The translations under genes were made by a program, and so were the position numbers. The notes beneath the pieces are model-generated. The model was not told the origin of the DNA. It ran no database searches and saw only the letters and a program-made list of their open reading frames with translations. DNA of 64,000 bases, taken from contig CP166615.1 in NCBI GenBank assembly GCA_041937175.2, positions 96,001-160,000 on the forward strand. The letters are read 5' to 3'. This DNA is from Limnothrix sp. BL-A-16. GTDB lineage: Bacteria > Cyanobacteriota > Cyanobacteriia > CACIAM-69d. This document shows, in pieces, positions 59,782 through 64,000 of the stretch. Within the stretch, counting starts at the first letter, position 1. The number at the start of each line of letters is the position of its first letter.

Positions 59782-60498
59782 TCAAGAATCACCCTTTTCG
59801 GGAACTTCACTCAGTTGCTGGGGTCGCCAAGTTAAGGCCACTAAACAAGTGCAACTAGCAACCAGCAAACCCGGACTCATGGCTCCACTATCAAGGATGA
59901 TATAAATCCCGAGCGCGATGAGTACTAGAGGAACCATGGTTTGACCCCGATGGGCTAGCCAATCTGCAATTTGGGCTTGATGGGTGAGTCGATGAGCAAT
60001 GTAACACCAAACAGGAACCAAAACTAAGAAAACTAGAATGGTTAGAATTAGCTCTGGCACTGAGCTACGGGAAAACAAGGGTGTGTAAATGCCCACATTG
60101 TCGCTCCCGTTGGCGATCGTGATGGCTGCGACGCTGAGACTTTGGGGCCCCACTAAATTCGTCCAATGGGGTGATGTTCCATCGCCATCAATTGCTAGGC
60201 TTAGCTCTTCATCGGTGGCATCTTCTCCCCGGTCAAATAATCTGCCCAGTCCCATGCCGATCGGGATTAGACCCAGCAAACCTAACCAGTGGTGTGGCAA
60301 AACCATGCCCCCAAAGAAACCCAACAAACTTGCGCCCACCAGAGCTGAAAACCCTAGATATTGCCCAGCAACCACGTGGTAATGACGAAAATTGGCATTG
60401 ACCTGAGAAAAGAGCAACATCAAGATTGCAATATCGTCAATGTTTGTGGCTGCAAAGGCAGCAACACTCGTAGGGATTACGGTCAGTAAGTTGTCCAT
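59782..60498 (-). CDS. CadD-family (LysE superfamily) transporter, paralog 1
   Basis: ATNIDD, GQYLGF, GLLGLIPIG, ANGSDNVGIYTPLF. Confidence 0.9.
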   Translation of the reverse strand: MDNLLTVIPTSVAAFAATNIDDIAILMLLFSQVNANFRHYHVVAGQYLGFSALVGASLLGFFGGMVLPHHWLGLLGLIPIGMGLGRLFDRGEDATDEELSLAIDGDGTSPHWTNLVGPQSLSVAAITIANGSDNVGIYTPLFSRSSVPELILTILVFLVLVPVWCYIAHRLTHQAQIADWLAHRGQTMVPLVLIALGIYIILDSGAMSPGLLVASCTCLVALTWRPQQLSEVPEKGDS

Positions 60499-60566
60499 AG
60501 GAAAGGGTTTCAGAAGAAGGGACTAGAAGCGAAGTGGAGCCGATCAAAATTGAACCAAGCAATCGA

Positions 60567-62027
60567 TTAGCAGTCAGCATCTTCGGATTCTTCAAACCGG
60601 ACATAGATCGCTTCGATCGAGTGCTGCATTCGCCGAATCATTTTGGGAGAGCGCGATCGCTGCCAGAAAAACCAGCCACAACCCAAACCTAGGTAAAGCA
60701 GAAAGAGTTTAGGAAATGCATCGTAAGGCGCTTCCGGCACAGGAAACCAAGCACTGCCAGGAATTCCGACCATGCCCAAAATTGGCAACACCATGAAACC
60801 AGCGCCCAGCAGACCAATGACTCCATCGATGGGTTTTAGTTTGCCAATTCGATAGAGATAAACCGGTGCGGCGATCGATACCAAAATGTAAGTCACCAAA
60901 AATCCATAGGTACACATCGTGCCCAAATAAGCCATGGATTCAAAGGCCTTGAGACCAAAAATGGTCATTGAAGCAGGCACTAAAAAGAGCAGAACGGAGA
61001 TAAAAGAAACAGCAATGTGGGGCGTGCTATTGGTGTCGTGGGCTTCACCAAAAGCTGAGTGGAAAAGACCATGCCGCGCCATGGTGAAAAAGACGCGAGC
61101 AGCAGGATTAATGCTGCCTAAAACACAAGCGAAAAAGCTAGCCAATGCACAAATCCCGATCGCTTGGCCCAGGAATCCAACACCAGCCCAGGTGGCTAAG
61201 AAACTGAGAGGCTCTTCATGACCTGCCAAATTTCCTCCGGCATGATTGAACCCGACCACGCCGATATAGGCCATAACCAAGAAAAACAACCCCGAAAGCA
61301 CTGTGCTGCCTAGGACAGCCTTGGGAATACTTGATAGGGGTTTTTGCGCCTCATCCCCAAGAGTCGTAGCACTTTCAAACCCAGAAAAACCAAAAACCAC
61401 TAACACTAACCCCATGGCAACACCGCTGGGCGTTGCACCGGCTAAGGTCAACTGTTGGGGATCAAGGGCAAAGCCAGTTTTAGCCCAAACAATTCCTCCC
61501 AGGATCAAAATAAACAGGACAGAAACGCCTTCCAAAATCAGCAATGTTCTGGCTGATAATTCAATATCTCGGTAGGCGGCATACCAAGCAACCACGGTTC
61601 CTAATGCAAGCAGGGTGAGTACGTGGGTGTGAATGCCCAAACTGCCTAAAAAGATTTGACCGAAATTGGCAAATCCACAAAGAACGGCCATCCCCGTGAG
61701 CAAATAGCCCAGCAGGAGACCCCAACCACAGATGACACCGGCTGTGGGGCCAAGGCCTTTGGAAATGTAGGTGTAGAGTGATCCAGGGGAAGCGGAGCGG
61801 CGGGCAAATTGATTAATGTTGATGCTGACAAAAATCAGCCCGATCGTTCCCAACAAAAAGCTAAGACAAGTGCCATTTCCCGCCAGGGCAAAGACTAATC
61901 CTAAGTTGGCGGCAGGGGTTGTAATTGGAGCAATTACCGCGATGGATTGGCCAAGAACTTCACCAAAGGGTAAACATTCTGCCTTGAGACCGTGAACACT
62001 ACGGTTCACTGCAAGTTCTGTAGTCAT
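60567..62027 (-). CDS. APC family amino acid/amine permease
   Basis: ~12 TMs; QSIAVIAP, SPGSLYTY, GFSGFESATTLGDEA, ARVFFTMAR.G. Confidence 0.92.
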   Translation of the reverse strand: MTTELAVNRSVHGLKAECLPFGEVLGQSIAVIAPITTPAANLGLVFALAGNGTCLSFLLGTIGLIFVSININQFARRSASPGSLYTYISKGLGPTAGVICGWGLLLGYLLTGMAVLCGFANFGQIFLGSLGIHTHVLTLLALGTVVAWYAAYRDIELSARTLLILEGVSVLFILILGGIVWAKTGFALDPQQLTLAGATPSGVAMGLVLVVFGFSGFESATTLGDEAQKPLSSIPKAVLGSTVLSGLFFLVMAYIGVVGFNHAGGNLAGHEEPLSFLATWAGVGFLGQAIGICALASFFACVLGSINPAARVFFTMARHGLFHSAFGEAHDTNSTPHIAVSFISVLLFLVPASMTIFGLKAFESMAYLGTMCTYGFLVTYILVSIAAPVYLYRIGKLKPIDGVIGLLGAGFMVLPILGMVGIPGSAWFPVPEAPYDAFPKLFLLYLGLGCGWFFWQRSRSPKMIRRMQHSIEAIYVRFEESEDADC

Positions 62028-62276
62028 GCGATCCCTCAATGAGACCAGAATACTGAGCGATGAACTGATCTGAAGCCTGAAAGTTATCTGAAGTAAAGGG
62101 AATAACTCTCTATGATTGGTGACTAGGCATTCATGACTCGTTCAGTCTGTGAATTCTGTTGCTGTTCGTGTTACATATCGATGTTGCTTTGACAAGTGTT
62201 TTGAAGCACATCGATCAAATTAACTACAGATTAAGGACTTGGTTGAGTTTAAGCAAATACTGTTTTTTCTCAAAAC

Positions 62277-62293
62277 CATCAATAAAATTGATG
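62277..62293. promoter_or_regulatory. LysR-type binding palindrome in the divergent promoter
   Basis: CATCAAT-AAA-ATTGATG (T-N11-A core). Confidence 0.65.
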
Positions 62294-62404
62294 AGAACCT
62301 CAAAAAGCTCAAAATCTTGGTTGTAAGGAGCCAAAAGTTCTCGCAATGAACGGAAATTTTGAAAATAGATCGAGACTTTAATTGAAATTTTTAAGTTTGG
62401 TGAA

Positions 62405-63328
62405 ATGTCTGGAATAACTCTTGATCGGTTGCAAATTTTCTTGGCGGTTGCGGAATATTTGCACTTCACGCGAGCCGCAGAGTCCCTCTATCTAACACAG
62501 CCTGCGGTGAGTGCTGCAATTCAGTCCCTAGAAGACAGTTATGGTTTGCGCCTGTTTCATCGCATTGGACGACGCGTGGAACTGACGGATGCTGGGCGAT
62601 TGTTGCAAGCGGAAGCTAGGGATATTCTCGATCGGGTGGCTTTGACAGAGCGAGGCTTGCGTGAACTCAATGAAATGCAGCGAGGGGAATTGCATTTGGG
62701 GTCTAGCCTAACGATCGGGAACTATTGGCTACCGCGCAAAATTGGAGAATTTAAGCGTCGTCATCCGGGCATTGTGGTGAATTGCACCCTCGCTAATACT
62801 GAGGAAATTTGCACAGGAACGGCGACGGGCGCATTTGATTTGGGGTTAATTGAAGGGGAAGTTTTGCCCTCAACCCAACGGCATTTAGAAAAGGCAATTG
62901 TTGGGGGCGATCGCCTAGTGATTGTGGTGGGCCCTTCGCACCCTTGGTTTGAGCTGCCATTTGTGGAAACCCATCAATTGGCAGAAACGGCTTGGTTAAT
63001 GCGCGAACCCGGATCGGGTACTCAACAGCGGTTTGAGGAAGCATTATTAAGTTGGCAGGTGGATCCTTCAAGCTTGCCGATCGCCCTGGTGCTAACCACC
63101 GGAGAAATGGTGAAAGTTCTGGTGGAAGAAGGCGTGGGAGCGGCAGCTATTTCAGAACTGATCGTTGAAAAAGAGTTACAGCTTCGGACAATGTGCGCGG
63201 TTCCGATTATTGATCCCGAGCAGTCATCGGTTTTGGAAATTCGTCGCCCCTTTTTGAAATTGCGCCATCGACAGCGCTTTCAGACCAAAATTTCTCGAGT
63301 TTTTGAGCAATTACTAGTCAGTTATTAG
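62405..63328 (+). CDS. LysR family transcriptional regulator (CysL-like substrate domain)
   Basis: FTRAAESLYLTQPAVS HTH; GSSLTIGNYWLP, DLGLIEG, MREPGSGT. Confidence 0.93.
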   Translation: MSGITLDRLQIFLAVAEYLHFTRAAESLYLTQPAVSAAIQSLEDSYGLRLFHRIGRRVELTDAGRLLQAEARDILDRVALTERGLRELNEMQRGELHLGSSLTIGNYWLPRKIGEFKRRHPGIVVNCTLANTEEICTGTATGAFDLGLIEGEVLPSTQRHLEKAIVGGDRLVIVVGPSHPWFELPFVETHQLAETAWLMREPGSGTQQRFEEALLSWQVDPSSLPIALVLTTGEMVKVLVEEGVGAAAISELIVEKELQLRTMCAVPIIDPEQSSVLEIRRPFLKLRHRQRFQTKISRVFEQLLVSY

Positions 63329-63526
63329 TTAGGAATAGACCATGAATCAGCTAATGATGTGTCACTGCTGAGCCGGTGCTAAGCCAGTCGTGTGCCAATG
63401 ATGGGCGAGACCCGTTGGGCAATTTTCGGATAAAGTACGGTTTTTTGATCGGGATATAGTATTTTAGGTCAAAAGCAACTGCAAAACGCCATTTGCAACT
63501 GCGCTAAACCTGGAATTGCTAACCCA

Positions 63527-64000
63527 ATGAGCGCTGTCAATCCCCAACTTCGCCCCCTAGAACTTAAAGAATTGTCCCAGGAATCTTCTGTGGTGCCTCT
63601 TCATAGCCAGGCTCAGTACCCCACGACCTTGGCCCTCAGCGACATACAGCTTCCAAGCAGCCAGCCAAGACGGTACTTTGACCCAATCGCCCTCCATAGC
63701 CTTGCTCAATCGATTGCCCAATATGGAATTTTGGAGCCGCTGTTAGTTCGCCCCATTGATGAGCGGCGCTATGAATTAGTGGCTGGTGAGCGGCGATATC
63801 GCGCGGCCCAAAAGGTTGGCTTATCGCAAGTACCTGTAATTATTCGGGCTTTAAGCGATCGGGAAGCCCTGCGAATTGCCCTTCTGGAGAATTTGCAGCG
63901 TGAAGATCTCAACCCGATCGAGGAAACCGAAAGTATTTTAAAATTGCTGTCCCTGGAGCTTCAGCAACCTGCTGAGTCGATCATTTTGCTGTTGCACCGC
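63527..64000 (+). CDS. parB: ParB/Spo0J family partition protein (3' truncated; absent from the ORF track)
   Basis: Own translation: QPRRYFD, SIAQYGILEPLLVRP, ELVAGERRYRAA, ALLENLQREDLNPIEE. Confidence 0.92.
   Translation, partial: MSAVNPQLRPLELKELSQESSVVPLHSQAQYPTTLALSDIQLPSSQPRRYFDPIALHSLAQSIAQYGILEPLLVRPIDERRYELVAGERRYRAAQKVGLSQVPVIIRALSDREALRIALLENLQREDLNPIEETESILKLLSLELQQPAESIILLLHR

Noticed and set aside
1..64000. Very frequent GCGATCGC/CGATCG
   Set aside because: HIP1, a well-known cyanobacterial genome signature; not novel

Overview
Chromosomal window from a fairly GC-rich cyanobacterium. Evidence: dense HIP1 GCGATCGC sites, rbcLXS, psbD and curT; it is probably a filamentous, Limnothrix/Oscillatoriales-like strain (inference). 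Most genes are housekeeping: ispH, sds, pilMNOQ, thiE/thiS, rbcL-rbcX-rbcS, tRNA-Tyr/tRNA-Thr/tyrS, era, pilA, pdhA, a Mn-type ABC transporter, a divergent sps/invertase pair, a monocistronic psbD and rubrerythrin. Five things stand out. (1) A family of 130-170 bp non-autonomous elements shares a central CAAGGGGCTTAAGCCCCTTG hairpin (~13 cores) but has different, apparently exchangeable inverted-repeat arms. One copy is nested in the TTAA loop of another, and three supply the G of TAG stop codons. (2) A hetF-like CHAT protease gene is split by a 1-nt frameshift in a G5 run, with a single NsiR1-like sRNA and TCCGGA (DIF1) promoter upstream on the opposite strand. (3) Two paralogous methyltransferases lie directly upstream of the major pilin. 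(4) An AT-richer LysR-linked cluster (APC permease, 2x CadD-like, secreted protein, PAP2, TauE, DUF1634, orphan cysA) lies next to a truncated parB. (5) Degenerate 12- and 15-bp tandem microrepeats are pervasive in intergenic DNA. All calls come from reading the sequence and recalling family motifs; no searches were run.
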